A model generated the notes under the pieces. That model searched no databases, was not told where the DNA came from, and worked only from the letters and a program-made list of their open reading frames with translations. Of a stretch of 64,000 nucleotides of DNA, positions 1-10,206 are shown piece by piece (position 1 is the stretch's first letter; every line of letters starts with the position of its first letter). The stretch is from NCBI GenBank assembly GCA_963753595.1, contig CAVWCX010000002.1, forward strand, positions 68,060 through 132,059, given 5' to 3'. The DNA comes from Candidatus Methanoperedenaceae archaeon. GTDB lineage: Archaea > Halobacteriota > Methanosarcinia > Methanosarcinales > Methanoperedenaceae. The position numbers and the translations under genes were made by a program.

Positions 1-407
1 GTCAGGCCGAACATTAATAAAGAGATCGGCTGGTTCCCGGTTTTTTTGACACCGGAAAGTAAGAGCATCATCGATTTTCAAGGATTTTCCCCGGGAATTC
101 ATTCCAGTCCACTGGCATGGAGATACGTTCACTATCCCGGATGGTGCGACATGGATCGCAAAAAGCCAGGCTTGTGCGAACCAGGCCTTTGAATATGATG
201 ATGGAAGGGTAATAGGACTTCAATTCCACCTTGAATATAACGCTAAAAGCATTGACCTCATGTTCAGGAACTGCCTTGAGGATATCACGGAAGGGAAATA
301 TATCCAGAAACCCGATGAAATCCTGGAAAATATAAATAATGTCCAGGAAACAAATCGATTATTGAATCTTCTTCTGGACAAGATGGCAGGAAAATTTAGC
401 GAATAAT
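1..407 (+). CDS. Class I glutamine amidotransferase (GMP synthase-like), 5' truncated by window edge, apparent frameshift near 55-60
   Basis: Frame 1 reads KEIGWFPV; frame 2 reads HWHGDTFTIPDGA...NQAF...GLQFHLE, typical GATase1 motifs; stop TAA at 405-407. Confidence 0.75.
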
Positions 408-531
408 CATGGATGACATAGCATGTGTAAAATTCATGATCGTGTAAAGACTGAGGCGAAAGCTTTTATTACATCACTGCGTAAAAGCGGAAAAATAATT
501 ATTCTATAATTTAAGATCAAAGAGGATTATT

Positions 532-919
532 ATGAAGTTTCAGGGAAAATCAGTACGAAAATATACAGGCGGAAGACTCATACGGCAAAGAGGTAAGAAA
601 AAATACGAGCTTGGTGGAGAGCAGGCCAATACTCATCTGGGCGAAACCATTCGCAAAACAGTGAAAACATTGGGCGGCTCAGAAAAAAGTACGCCTCTTA
701 AGAGCACAAACCGCAATAGTAACAGACCCATCAACAAAGACATCAAAGGTCGTAAAAATAGAGACTGTTACCGGAAATCCGGCAAATACACACTATGTAA
801 GGCGAAACATTGTGACAAAAGGCTCCATAATCAAGACTGAAATCGGAAGCGCCCGCGTCACGAACAGGCCTGGACAGGAAGGCAGCATCAACGCTGTTCT
901 CATACCCAGTACTGCTTAA
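532..919 (+). CDS. rps8e: 30S ribosomal protein S8e, with a one-base frameshift in the A-run at 683-688
   Basis: N-terminus MKFQGKSVRKYTGGR...KKYELG; shifted frame continues VRLLRA...NPANTHYVRRNIVTKGSIIKTEIGSARVTNRPGQEGSINAVL to TAA 917-919. Confidence 0.92.
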
Positions 920-2003
920 AAGTAACCCATAATTCCGGAAGATGCTCCTGTAATATTTTGTTATTACAGCAAGCATCCATTTTTATTCTTTTTTCAAGAG
1001 CGCGGCCCAGCGGCCTGCCAAGCAATCTGTGTATTTTAGTTTCATATTCGCAAATCTGCCCGATATCATCATTTTCCAGCGCTTTTATAATCGTTTTTCC
1101 TGCTAATTCACCCGCAAGTATTGCATTATTGATGCCCGCGCCCGTTATCGGGTCAGCCATTCCTGCGCTGTCACCTGCAAGAAGAACGCTGCCAGATACA
1201 AGTTTTTCCCGAAGGCCTCCAATAGGAAGGGCGCCTGCGATATATTCTTTTTTATTACCAGAAAGTCGATGTGCGATTTTGGATCCGGCTATAAATGCAT
1301 CAAGGTTCTCCCGCGGGGATTTTTTAGCTTTTATCATTCCCAGCCCGACTTTGGCTGAATTTTCCCCGGTCGGATAAATCCAGATATATCCGCCCGGGGC
1401 ATAATCAAAATCAAAAAATATCTCACAGGTTTGCGAAATGGGCTCGATACCCTTAATGTGATACTGGGCGCATGCGGCAAATCTTTGCCCAGGTAATCCC
1501 AGTATTGAAGCTGTCTTTGAAAAAACACCATCTGTGCCAATGATTATTCTTCCGGAGGCACTACCATTACGGAATTTCACTATACTGGGACTTACCTGGC
1601 CGATTGAATTTTCCTGGTTTGCCTGGTTTACCTGATTTTGTGGACTTATTGGACTTAATGGACTTATATTGACGAGAGGTGAATTCCACATGACCTTAGC
1701 CCCCGATTCGGTTGCTTTTGACAATAAACCCATATCGAACGAAGGTCTATCCACCACATATCCATTCAATGAAAAATCATGATACGAATTGTCAGGAAAA
1801 TAGGTACGCATTTGGTTTATATTTGACTGGAGAATAGTTTCATCAGGGACATCAAAATTTATTGTTTTACTGATATAACCGGCGCAAGGTGACCTGCACT
1901 TTTCATTTTTCTCAAGGATGAGGACATTAAAACCTGCCTGAGCTGCTGTTCTTGCAGTAACAGAGCCGGCAGGTCCTGCACCGATGACGATCAAATCATG
2001 CAT
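900..2003 (-). CDS. Geranylgeranyl reductase family FAD-dependent oxidoreductase
   Basis: GAGPAG dinucleotide-binding motif, DRPSFD, GYIWIYP, GDSAG..DPITGAGI. Confidence 0.85.
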   Translation of the reverse strand: MHDLIVIGAGPAGSVTARTAAQAGFNVLILEKNEKCRSPCAGYISKTINFDVPDETILQSNINQMRTYFPDNSYHDFSLNGYVVDRPSFDMGLLSKATESGAKVMWNSPLVNISPLSPISPQNQVNQANQENSIGQVSPSIVKFRNGSASGRIIIGTDGVFSKTASILGLPGQRFAACAQYHIKGIEPISQTCEIFFDFDYAPGGYIWIYPTGENSAKVGLGMIKAKKSPRENLDAFIAGSKIAHRLSGNKKEYIAGALPIGGLREKLVSGSVLLAGDSAGMADPITGAGINNAILAGELAGKTIIKALENDDIGQICEYETKIHRLLGRPLGRALEKRIKMDACCNNKILQEHLPELWVTFKQYWV

Positions 2004-2746
2004 TAGCGATAGACCCATTCATGTGAGTAATACTTTGGCAAAAGAGTGTTAGTAAGCTCCTGTTCCTTATTGCTCAGGGATCCGGATTTTAAACGTATGG
2101 AAAAGCGTTCCTCAAATTTCTGTTTCATAACATTTTTAATCTCTTCCATATCACGCTGTTCCCCGAGTTCCCTGTCAAGCCATGTAAGCCCTTCCCGTAC
2201 GGATGCAATTTTTTTATCCATGAATTTCTCTTTCGGGATATTTGATATCCGAAGCATCTCTTCTATATCAAAATCAAGAAGAAGAGTTCCATTCTGGAGC
2301 AGTTTTCCTTCCCAGCGCGTCTGGGCGTTTCCTGAGATCTTTTTGTTATCCACAACTACATCGTTTATCGGACGAAAAGCTGCATTCATCCTGTAATGTA
2401 TTAGTGTATCAATGAGGACGCCGCATACCTGTTTATATGATTCGATTATATCCATGGGGAACAGCTCATTATCGATCGTTCCCACAACACCATAATTTAC
2501 CTGCCTGCAACGGTCATCTGAAAACGCAATGCCTCCACCGCTTATACGTCTTGTGATCGTATAGTCTTTGCATTGCATGAGGTTCAATTCGACTTCTGCC
2601 TTCTGGAAAAAACCAAGTATAATGGATTTTTTCGGGGTCCAGAAAAAGAAGGTATTTCCTTCATCGGATTTCAGTATTGCTTCATCCATGGCCATCATAT
2701 CGCGAATATCCACAAGCCCGAAATCAATAAAACGCCATTCTTCCAT
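2003..2746 (-). CDS. lplA: Lipoate-protein ligase, catalytic subunit (LplA-N)
   Basis: RRISGGG, NDVVVDNKKISGNAQ, LQNGTLL motifs. Confidence 0.88.
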   Translation of the reverse strand: MEEWRFIDFGLVDIRDMMAMDEAILKSDEGNTFFFWTPKKSIILGFFQKAEVELNLMQCKDYTITRRISGGGIAFSDDRCRQVNYGVVGTIDNELFPMDIIESYKQVCGVLIDTLIHYRMNAAFRPINDVVVDNKKISGNAQTRWEGKLLQNGTLLLDFDIEEMLRISNIPKEKFMDKKIASVREGLTWLDRELGEQRDMEEIKNVMKQKFEERFSIRLKSGSLSNKEQELTNTLLPKYYSHEWVYR

Positions 2747-2747
2747 A

Positions 2748-3035
2748 TTATCCCTCCAGCGCTTTCATTATGGATTCGGTAAAGTCAGCGGGTGATGTCC
2801 CAGGTGATTGGATCTTTTCCCGTATGTAAATATCTTCTATCTTATGTTCCACATCAACACGATTTGCCTTAACACCTTTAAGTTCTTCGGCGATCATGAA
2901 GAAAGACTCTTCAGGAAACAGGAAAAAATCTCCTGAGATGTTTATTTCTTTTATCCTGCCGTTCTCGGTCGTGACAAATGATCTTATGAGTCCACCTTTT
3001 GATTTATGGATTCCCTGTGGCGTTTTTATTTCCAT
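2748..3035 (-). CDS. Lipoate-protein ligase accessory subunit (LplB / C-terminal domain)
   Basis: KSKGGLI...I.ISGDFFLFPE motif, adjacent to lplA. Confidence 0.85.
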   Translation of the reverse strand: MEIKTPQGIHKSKGGLIRSFVTTENGRIKEINISGDFFLFPEESFFMIAEELKGVKANRVDVEHKIEDIYIREKIQSPGTSPADFTESIMKALEG

Positions 3036-3088
3036 GGTATTTACTCCAGCTTATTCAGGAACATCCTGCTTCTATAAAAAAATATCAC

Positions 3089-3304
3089 TTACATTCGAGT
3101 TCCTTTGTTTTGCCAGGCTATTTTGTGTGAACCCATTATTCCTGTCCTGAACCTTGGACATTTATCTGCACCGCAGTTCTTGGAAAATCGTTCCACACAT
3201 TCTGTGACCATTCGTATGGGCAAAGTATCTGTGTTTTCATAACCGGCAAAGGAAGCAAATAAACCTTTACCGATAGCACAGCCTGATATGGCCCTGATTT
3301 CCAT
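3089..3304 (-). CDS. Small hypothetical protein (4 Cys)
   Basis: 71-aa ORF with GGGAG upstream, co-oriented with the lpl genes. Confidence 0.45.
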   Translation of the reverse strand: MEIRAISGCAIGKGLFASFAGYENTDTLPIRMVTECVERFSKNCGADKCPRFRTGIMGSHKIAWQNKGTRM

Positions 3305-3453
3305 GATTTTCTCCCACTACAGTTCCCACTATAGTAAATAAAACAATTAATAATTATAATATATATACTTACCTGTCGTTTAAAAAATTAAGACTGTTTT
3401 CCTTAATTATTTGTGAAAGAACATTTTATATTCTAAAATAATAAGTTAGATGC

Positions 3454-4047
3454 ATGCGTATCGGAGTTATCGCCATACAGGGAAATGTCGAAGAACATGT
3501 CATTGCATTAGGAAATGCACTTCGTGAGGCCGATCTTCAAGCTGAAATAATAAAAATAAAACATAAAGGGATTGTTGGTTCATGCGATGCTTTGATCCTG
3601 CCGGGGGGAGAAAGCACGACACTTGGCCGGCTCTTGAAACGGGAAGGCATTGCGGATGAAATAAAGACTGCTGCTAAAGCCGGGATCCCAATTATGGGAA
3701 CATGCGCAGGGCTTGTTCTTCTTGCAAAATATGGCGATGAACAGGTGGAAAAGACAGGGCAATCATTGCTTGAGCTTATGGATATCCATGTCAACAGGAA
3801 CGCATTCGGGCGCCAAAAAGAATCATTCGAGACCCTGATCGATTTTAATGGATTTGATGCGCCTTTTAACGCGATATTCATCCGCGCTCCAGGCATCACA
3901 GGATGTGCAAATGACGTGGAGATACTTTCAAAATATAACGATTCAATTGTGGCAGCAAGACAGGAAAATATGCTTGCCCTTGCATTTCATCCTGAATTGA
4001 CAGATGATTACAGGATACACCATTATTTTTTGAAAATGATAGGATGA
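3454..4047 (+). CDS. pdxT: Pyridoxal 5'-phosphate synthase glutaminase subunit
   Basis: PGGESTT, GTCAG, RNAFGRQ, FIRAP, FHPELT. Confidence 0.96.
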   Translation: MRIGVIAIQGNVEEHVIALGNALREADLQAEIIKIKHKGIVGSCDALILPGGESTTLGRLLKREGIADEIKTAAKAGIPIMGTCAGLVLLAKYGDEQVEKTGQSLLELMDIHVNRNAFGRQKESFETLIDFNGFDAPFNAIFIRAPGITGCANDVEILSKYNDSIVAARQENMLALAFHPELTDDYRIHHYFLKMIG

Positions 4048-4048
4048 A

Positions 4049-5173
4049 TCATCCCATCTGTTTCAATTTCTTCTCAATTTCGTTAAGATCATCCTGATAT
4101 GATTTCCTCTTATCTTCATATTCTTCATCAAGAAGATTCCCGGATTCATATTCTTTTTTAATATCTTTGATCTTAGAAGATAATTCCTGTTTTAGTTTTT
4201 CAAGTTCTTGTTTGTTTTTTCTTTCAAATTTTCCAGATAATATACCACTGCCAACCTTTGAAGGTTCTTTTACCTTATTTTCCTTTGGAATTCGGGCTGT
4301 TTTATCTGGGGTCTTGTCACCATTTCCTTGGGTTTTTAATTTTTTCTTTATGTAGGGATATGAAAGAGCAAGGATTATCAAAATACCGATAACGATATAC
4401 GGAGCATAGCTATTTCCCGCTTTCGAAGATTGTGATTTTTCTGCTCCTGAAGATAAAATTTCTAAATTAAGTTCATTGAACAGAGGGTTTGAAAACCTGT
4501 TTGTTTCACCCTTTGCATCTGATTCTGTAGGAATGATCTCATTACTATTTTCATCAAGGAATCTGCTTGTGCTTCCTTCAGATTTATTGACCTTTACTAT
4601 AACTGCTGCCAGTCCTGGTTTTTCCATGAACCTGTAATTTATTATGCCGGGGATAGCAAATTTCTTGGCAAATTTTCCCATACCCGACGGCGTCTCTGTT
4701 ACAATATATTCAACTGCATAAAGACGGGGCAAAGAGGAGTTCTTTTCAACAAATTCCTTCCAGCTTAAAATGTTTCCGTTTACATTGAAATCAAGAGGTA
4801 TCAATCCCCCGCCAGTCATCATTTCGGATCGGCTGAGTCTGATTGTTTCATTATCCGTTCCATCAGGTAACCATGTTCTTAGATCACCATAGAAATTTTC
4901 TGTTCCGATATTCCTGAAAATAAGGGTTTCACGGATGAACAATTTGTTTTCTGCCTTTAATTGGACCGAATCCACTTCGATCAGATGCTGGACCATTACA
5001 ATATCCTGGTCTGAATCTGTTGTATTGTTTAAGTCTATTGGCGGGATCGTTCCAGTATCTTGCAGGATAGTTATATTGCTGGCATTTCCGCCCATTCCTG
5101 CGAATCCTAAAGCGCCATTTGCCAACAAAATGACTAATAATGCACAGATTATTATTTTTTTTATGTTTTTCAT
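4049..5173 (-). CDS. Hypothetical membrane-anchored protein (signal peptide, one TM, C-terminal SHOCT-like coiled coil)
   Basis: Hydrophobic N-terminus, TM YIVIGILIILALSYPYI, C-terminal YESGNLLDEEYE. Confidence 0.65.
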   Translation of the reverse strand: MKNIKKIIICALLVILLANGALGFAGMGGNASNITILQDTGTIPPIDLNNTTDSDQDIVMVQHLIEVDSVQLKAENKLFIRETLIFRNIGTENFYGDLRTWLPDGTDNETIRLSRSEMMTGGGLIPLDFNVNGNILSWKEFVEKNSSLPRLYAVEYIVTETPSGMGKFAKKFAIPGIINYRFMEKPGLAAVIVKVNKSEGSTSRFLDENSNEIIPTESDAKGETNRFSNPLFNELNLEILSSGAEKSQSSKAGNSYAPYIVIGILIILALSYPYIKKKLKTQGNGDKTPDKTARIPKENKVKEPSKVGSGILSGKFERKNKQELEKLKQELSSKIKDIKKEYESGNLLDEEYEDKRKSYQDDLNEIEKKLKQMG

Positions 5174-5349
5174 TGATTCACTTCCATCCACAATTGTATT
5201 TAAGATAATAATTAAGTTATCTATTTTAAATTTGAATTCTATTTCGTTTATTTTTTATCTTTTCCTGAAATAATTTCGTTTATTCGTCGCAAAACTTATG
5301 AAGATAAGAGTTGCAGAGGATATATAAATACTGGAATATTTTGATCATT

Positions 5350-5997
5350 ATGCCCTACGCAGCAAAAGACAGACAGGAATTCATCAATCGTTCAAACCTT
5401 ATCCCGGATTCCAGAATCCTGGATTTTGGGGGAATGCTATCCGAAGAGCTCACTAATGCTGTTTTCGGGATAACCTCAAAAAGAGTACTGTCAAACGCAG
5501 TCCTTATAAAACCGCTGCTCTTGCCATTTAAGAATTCTGTCTTCAAATCAGTTGTTTCGTATCATTACTTTGATCTTGTCTCATCTGACAAACTTGATTT
5601 CCTGTTTGAAGAAACAGCAAGAGTGCTTGATAAAGACGCAAGCTTTTCATTCATGATAATGCAGTGGGCTGCAAACAATGAAGCGCAAAAGTCAAATCTG
5701 CTTTTTAATGAAGTACTGAAAAGCATTGGCGCGCTTTACCAGCATGATTTTGAAGATATCAGCAACAAGCTTAATGCATCGGGTTTCACAGAGATAACAG
5801 TTGAAAGCATCAGGCGTGATATCACGGTCCCTGAGGCATTTGTCAATGAGCACCTCTTGATGCTGGGGAACCTTGTTAAAATAGAAAAAACACAGGGCAG
5901 AGAAGGGTTAAAAGCACTTTCAAAGCAATACTTCCATAAAGTAAAAGAACATGGTGAAGCCATGCTGCCAGCTATACATTTTATCGCGAAGAAATGA
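5350..5997 (+). CDS. SAM-dependent methyltransferase-like protein (degenerate motif I)
   Basis: RILDFGG, LPFKNSVF, ETARVL resemble Methyltransf_11 motifs. Confidence 0.55.
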   Translation: MPYAAKDRQEFINRSNLIPDSRILDFGGMLSEELTNAVFGITSKRVLSNAVLIKPLLLPFKNSVFKSVVSYHYFDLVSSDKLDFLFEETARVLDKDASFSFMIMQWAANNEAQKSNLLFNEVLKSIGALYQHDFEDISNKLNASGFTEITVESIRRDITVPEAFVNEHLLMLGNLVKIEKTQGREGLKALSKQYFHKVKEHGEAMLPAIHFIAKK

Positions 5998-5998
5998 T

Positions 5999-6598
5999 AT
6001 GAAGAAAAAACATCTTGAGATGATGCTGGAAAAGGTGGAAGGTTTCAAGTCACCCAAAGCCGATAAGGAACAATATGCAACACCAGCAACTGTCGCGTCT
6101 GAGCTATTGCATTTCGCTTTTATGAGAGGAGACCTTTCTGATACAGTTTATGATCTTGGATGCGGAAGTGGCATCTTTGCTATTGGCGCTAAACTCCTGG
6201 GGGCAGAAAAGGTTATAGGTTTTGATGATGATAAAGAGGTTTTAGAGATTGCACGGGCAAATGCACATAAACTTGACGTTGATGTTGAGTTCGTATGCAG
6301 CAATATTTCCGATATCAGTGGAAAAGCGCATACGGTTGTAATGAATCCGCCTTTTGGCGCGCAGAAGAAAGGAAGTGATCGCCCTTTTTTGAGGAAAGCC
6401 CTCGAATTAAGCAGCGTGGTTTATTCCATACACAATGCCCAAAGTGCGGAATTTATAAATAAATTCATAAGCCCATCGGTCATAACAGAATACAAATTAA
6501 TAGATTTTCCGATAAAAAGGACATTCGGATTTCATAAGAAGGACAGACTGGTCATAAAAGTTGAGATCTACAGGATCGAGAAAAGAACAGAGGGATAA
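5999..6598 (+). CDS. METTL5-family N6-adenine RNA methyltransferase
   Basis: EQYATP, DLGCGSG, NPPFG; usual position before csl4. Confidence 0.9.
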   Translation: MKKKHLEMMLEKVEGFKSPKADKEQYATPATVASELLHFAFMRGDLSDTVYDLGCGSGIFAIGAKLLGAEKVIGFDDDKEVLEIARANAHKLDVDVEFVCSNISDISGKAHTVVMNPPFGAQKKGSDRPFLRKALELSSVVYSIHNAQSAEFINKFISPSVITEYKLIDFPIKRTFGFHKKDRLVIKVEIYRIEKRTEG

Positions 6599-7389
6599 TT
6601 ATTAGAATCAAACGAAAGAAAATAACAAGCAGGAGAAAGCTTGGCAAGGGTGATGAAAAAGAACCCAAGGAAGTAAAAGAAAGCGAGCTAGAGCTGGAAG
6701 AAGAAGTTGAAGAAGTAACCCCGGAATCGGAAATTACAGAAGAAACCGTACAATCGGAAGAACCTGTTGAATCCGAACAACCTGTTGAAGAAGCAATTGA
6801 GGAAGAAGCCGTTGAGGAAGTACCAAAAGAAGAAACCAGAAATGTTTTGCCTGGCGACCTTATTGGAACTCTGGAAGAATTCATGCCAAAAAGCGGCGCA
6901 TATATGGGCGGGGGGAATATTTACGCATCAGCCAGCGGTATTGTCAGGATAAACAATAAAGAGCGTTCCATATCAGTTGAACCGGTCACGAACACCCCCC
7001 CTCATCTTGTGGTTGGAGATATCATTATCGGACAGGTCACGGATGTGAAAGATTCAGTTGCGCTCATTGAGATCGCAGGAATTAAAGGCAAAGGCGAACG
7101 CGCGATCGTCAATGCGGACCAGGCGGCAATTCATGTATCAAATGTAAAAGACGCTTATGTCAAGGAATTGTATTATGAATTCGCTCCATTTGATATAGTA
7201 AAGGCAAGAGTACTTGACCTTCGCAACATGCGCCTGTCAACGGTCAATAAGGAACTTGGCGTTATGAAGGCTTATTGCGGCAATTGCAGGACCGTGTTGA
7301 AATTAGATAACAGCAAACTTAAATGTCCCAAATGTGAAAGGACCGAGACACGAAAATTATCTTCGGATTATGGGACAGGCATTATATAG
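6595..7389 (+). CDS. csl4: Exosome RNA-binding protein Csl4 with acidic N-terminal extension (probable ATA/ATT start)
   Basis: PGD.IG..EE, S1 domain, LGVMKAYCGNC...CPKC..TETRK zinc ribbon; frame is open upstream of the called TTG with no ATG. Confidence 0.88.
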   Translation: MIIRIKRKKITSRRKLGKGDEKEPKEVKESELELEEEVEEVTPESEITEETVQSEEPVESEQPVEEAIEEEAVEEVPKEETRNVLPGDLIGTLEEFMPKSGAYMGGGNIYASASGIVRINNKERSISVEPVTNTPPHLVVGDIIIGQVTDVKDSVALIEIAGIKGKGERAIVNADQAAIHVSNVKDAYVKELYYEFAPFDIVKARVLDLRNMRLSTVNKELGVMKAYCGNCRTVLKLDNSKLKCPKCERTETRKLSSDYGTGII

Positions 7390-7397
7390 GTGATATT

Positions 7398-7673
7398 ATG
7401 GAACTTACAATTCTTAAGAAGACGGACAAAGAAATAAATATTAAGGTAGCGGGTGAATCTCATACCATGCTCAACATGCTAAAGACCGCTTTGCTCAACA
7501 ACAAACATGTTGAAATAGCAACATATGATATAAAGCATCCAACGATCAGCGAACCGATCCTTTTCGTGAGGACAGATGGCGCAGACCCCATTGATGTGAT
7601 AAAAAAAGCATCGAAGGACCTGATCAAAGAATGCAAAGAGTTTATTGATCTTTTCACGAAGAAGACAAAGTAG
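7398..7673 (+). CDS. rpoL: RNA polymerase subunit Rpo11 (L)
   Basis: GESHTMLNMLK...YDIKHP; follows csl4. Confidence 0.93.
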   Translation: MELTILKKTDKEINIKVAGESHTMLNMLKTALLNNKHVEIATYDIKHPTISEPILFVRTDGADPIDVIKKASKDLIKECKEFIDLFTKKTK

Positions 7674-8124
7674 TTAAAGCCGCATACTCCTCATCGATAA
7701 GGTCATCCACCATAATCCCGTTCTCAACAGCAACGAGAATGGCGCTGACCTCTATTGATACCTGTTTTGAAAACTCTTCCTGTTTTTTATTTATCATCGC
7801 AATAACTTTTCTTTTATCGATCTTCGTGCCTTGTATTATACGATCGATTATCCTGTCAAAAATTGTTTTGTTATCCACAATTATGGGTTCGGGTTTCCAT
7901 CCTGAAGGTATCTCGATTTTAGTTATATCAAATGAAGGGCGCACAAGCTCCCCATCGCGTTTTAAAAGCCCAGATCTCAGCGCATCACTTAATTTGATTT
8001 TTGCCTGCTCAGGATTGAACCATTTCAGATCCAGGGAAAGTGCCAGGATAAATTCCATCTCCTTTAGCGCATCTTTTCCCCTTCTCTTAAAGGGCATTGA
8101 TACGGTATAAGTAAGATCAGACAT
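7654..8124 (-). CDS. DUF2240 family protein
   Basis: LSLDLKWFNPEQAK...GLL...PSFD...IP.GWKP. Confidence 0.75.
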   Translation of the reverse strand: MSDLTYTVSMPFKRRGKDALKEMEFILALSLDLKWFNPEQAKIKLSDALRSGLLKRDGELVRPSFDITKIEIPSGWKPEPIIVDNKTIFDRIIDRIIQGTKIDKRKVIAMINKKQEEFSKQVSIEVSAILVAVENGIMVDDLIDEEYAALTTLSSS

Positions 8125-8617
8125 TTCCGGCCTTTCTTTTAATCTCTTCAACAATTGTGTCGGCTATTCTTTCCGGATCAGTCCTTGCAAGACCATCGAT
8201 CAGATGAATGTTCATGGTAAGAACGCTGTTATCAAGGTTTGTCCTCACAAGATATGTATCGCCTTTGAAAGCCACACGATTGTATTTTGCATCCAGAACG
8301 GAATATTGCAGGTTAATTTTAAAATCAATTATTCCTTCAGGTGTAATATCCCTTAGCACCGAATCAAGAGTGTTCTTATTAAGAGGAACAAAATCAACGC
8401 TTTTATCTGCTATTTCAACCCCGATGCTTCTCTTGGCTTTTATAGGAGTAGCTTTGCGGTCAGGCCCATCTGTGACAAATGAACCGAACTGGCCGTCAAG
8501 TCCTGCAATTGTAATTACAAGGTAAGGGAGGTCGGCTTCGAATCTAAATTTGCGTTCAAATTCCGGGTTTTGTGGGAAAAGATGGTATGTGCGTCTCATA
8601 TCAGCATGTATCGTCAT
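8117..8617 (-). CDS. Hypothetical protein
   Basis: 166-aa ORF overlapping the DUF2240 start. Confidence 0.6.
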   Translation of the reverse strand: MTIHADMRRTYHLFPQNPEFERKFRFEADLPYLVITIAGLDGQFGSFVTDGPDRKATPIKAKRSIGVEIADKSVDFVPLNKNTLDSVLRDITPEGIIDFKINLQYSVLDAKYNRVAFKGDTYLVRTNLDNSVLTMNIHLIDGLARTDPERIADTIVEEIKRKAGNV

Positions 8618-8661
8618 GATTTCTTAAAAGCTTATTGCTTTGCATTATTTTACACTTTGCA

Positions 8662-9555
8662 TTATTCTATAACAGATACTCCATTACCTATTGTAGTTAT
8701 ATATGCCTCGCTTTTTACCTGTTTTTCTGAAAAAGCCCGTATCATCGCTTCTGCGATCGTCTCTCTTTCATCCATCCTGCAAACCGCGATCAATGTGGGC
8801 CCTGAACCGCTTATGGTCACACCTGCTGCGCCTGCCTGTATAGCACTCTTTTTAACTTCCTTATATCCTTTTATAAGTTTTGATCGGATCTCTTCTATGA
8901 CATGGTTCGCCATGCTATCCCCGATAAGTTTGATATCGTTTTTCATCATTCCGACCACCATAGAAGCAGCATTTCCCGTATTAAAAGAAATATCATCAAG
9001 AGATAGTTTTTTCGGAAGGATAGCGCGGGCATGGCGCGTGCTGACTAAGATTTCGGGATGAACAGCAACTATACCAATATTCTCAGGGTAAAGAGAAATT
9101 ATTTTATTTTTATGAACAATGACAAAACCGCCATATATAGCAGGTGCAACATTGTCGGCATGAACTGCTCCTGATACTGCTTCTTCACCCTTCGCAGCTA
9201 TTTGCACAAGCTCTTGCCGTGAAAGCCCAAGTGAAAACATTTCATTTATAGCAAATGCAACGCCTGCCGCGGGCGCAGCGCTGCTTCCAAGCCCGCTTGA
9301 AAGCGGGATATTCCTGCGTATTGTGATATTCACAGGACTATTCATGATCGAAGCAACGATACCTGCAGTATTTCTTTGCGGGTCAGTCGGAACATACTGG
9401 GAATCTCTTCCCAGGATCACTATTTTTGTGCTATCGCTTTTTTCGATCTCAATTATATCAAAAGGAGTTTCAAGGGCAATTCCAAATACATCAAAGCCTG
9501 CCCCAAGGTTAGCAGAAGTCGCAGGAACTTTTATTTTCAAATGATCTTTTGCCAT
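8662..9555 (-). CDS. thrB: Homoserine kinase
   Basis: VPATSANLGAGFD, IPLSSGLGSSAA, HADNVAP, ISGSGPT. Confidence 0.95.
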   Translation of the reverse strand: MAKDHLKIKVPATSANLGAGFDVFGIALETPFDIIEIEKSDSTKIVILGRDSQYVPTDPQRNTAGIVASIMNSPVNITIRRNIPLSSGLGSSAAPAAGVAFAINEMFSLGLSRQELVQIAAKGEEAVSGAVHADNVAPAIYGGFVIVHKNKIISLYPENIGIVAVHPEILVSTRHARAILPKKLSLDDISFNTGNAASMVVGMMKNDIKLIGDSMANHVIEEIRSKLIKGYKEVKKSAIQAGAAGVTISGSGPTLIAVCRMDERETIAEAMIRAFSEKQVKSEAYITTIGNGVSVIE

Positions 9556-10037
9556 TATCTTTTGTAACCAATAGTACGGAGGAATGATCTTCTTTCTTCT
9601 TTATCTTTGGCGCTTTCAATACCTTTTGGTTTTTCGCCATCAATGACGCCAAGGATGCCCCGGCCCTCTTCAGTCCGGGCTATAATAACTTCCAGGGGAT
9701 TGGATGTAGCACAAAAAATATTACATACTTCCTGAAGGCTTTTTATGGAATTCAGGACATTTATGGGAAAGGCATTTCGCATGAAAACTATGAAGCTGTG
9801 GCCGCATCCAAGTTCCATTGCATTAATTTGCGCCGCTTTGATAAGTTCTTCATCATTTCCATCAGTCCTTACAAGACACTTTCCTGAAGCTTCGCAAAAG
9901 GCCAGGCCAAATTTAATGCCCGGAGCCGAACTAATAAGCGTTTCGTACAGGTCCTCGGCGGTTTTTATGAAATGCGATTGGCCAAGGATCAGGTTTGTAT
10001 CAGGAGGCGCCGTTATTTTTATAGATTTTAATTCCAT
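9555..10037 (-). CDS. Adenosine-specific kinase family (DUF355)
   Basis: [33 protein letters not shown]. Confidence 0.88.
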   Translation of the reverse strand: MELKSIKITAPPDTNLILGQSHFIKTAEDLYETLISSAPGIKFGLAFCEASGKCLVRTDGNDEELIKAAQINAMELGCGHSFIVFMRNAFPINVLNSIKSLQEVCNIFCATSNPLEVIIARTEEGRGILGVIDGEKPKGIESAKDKEERRSFLRTIGYKR

Positions 10038-10206
10038 GTTTCTCCCTTAATTATTATTGTTTTGTTGGTATTTAAATGATGCTGATTTTTATAATTTCCA
10101 TATTATAAGCAATAGTATGTCAATAAAAACACCCATGCTGGAATGAACATTATCCCCTTATAGTTTTTAAGCATAAAATCAATGCATAGAATTAAATTTA
10201 TACAAT

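Noticed and set aside
683-688. Programmed frameshift or pseudogenisation of rps8e
   Set aside because: Essential gene, extra A in a homopolymer, and another indel about 600 bp upstream; a sequencing or assembly error is more likely. This also lowers trust in the other single-base frameshifts.
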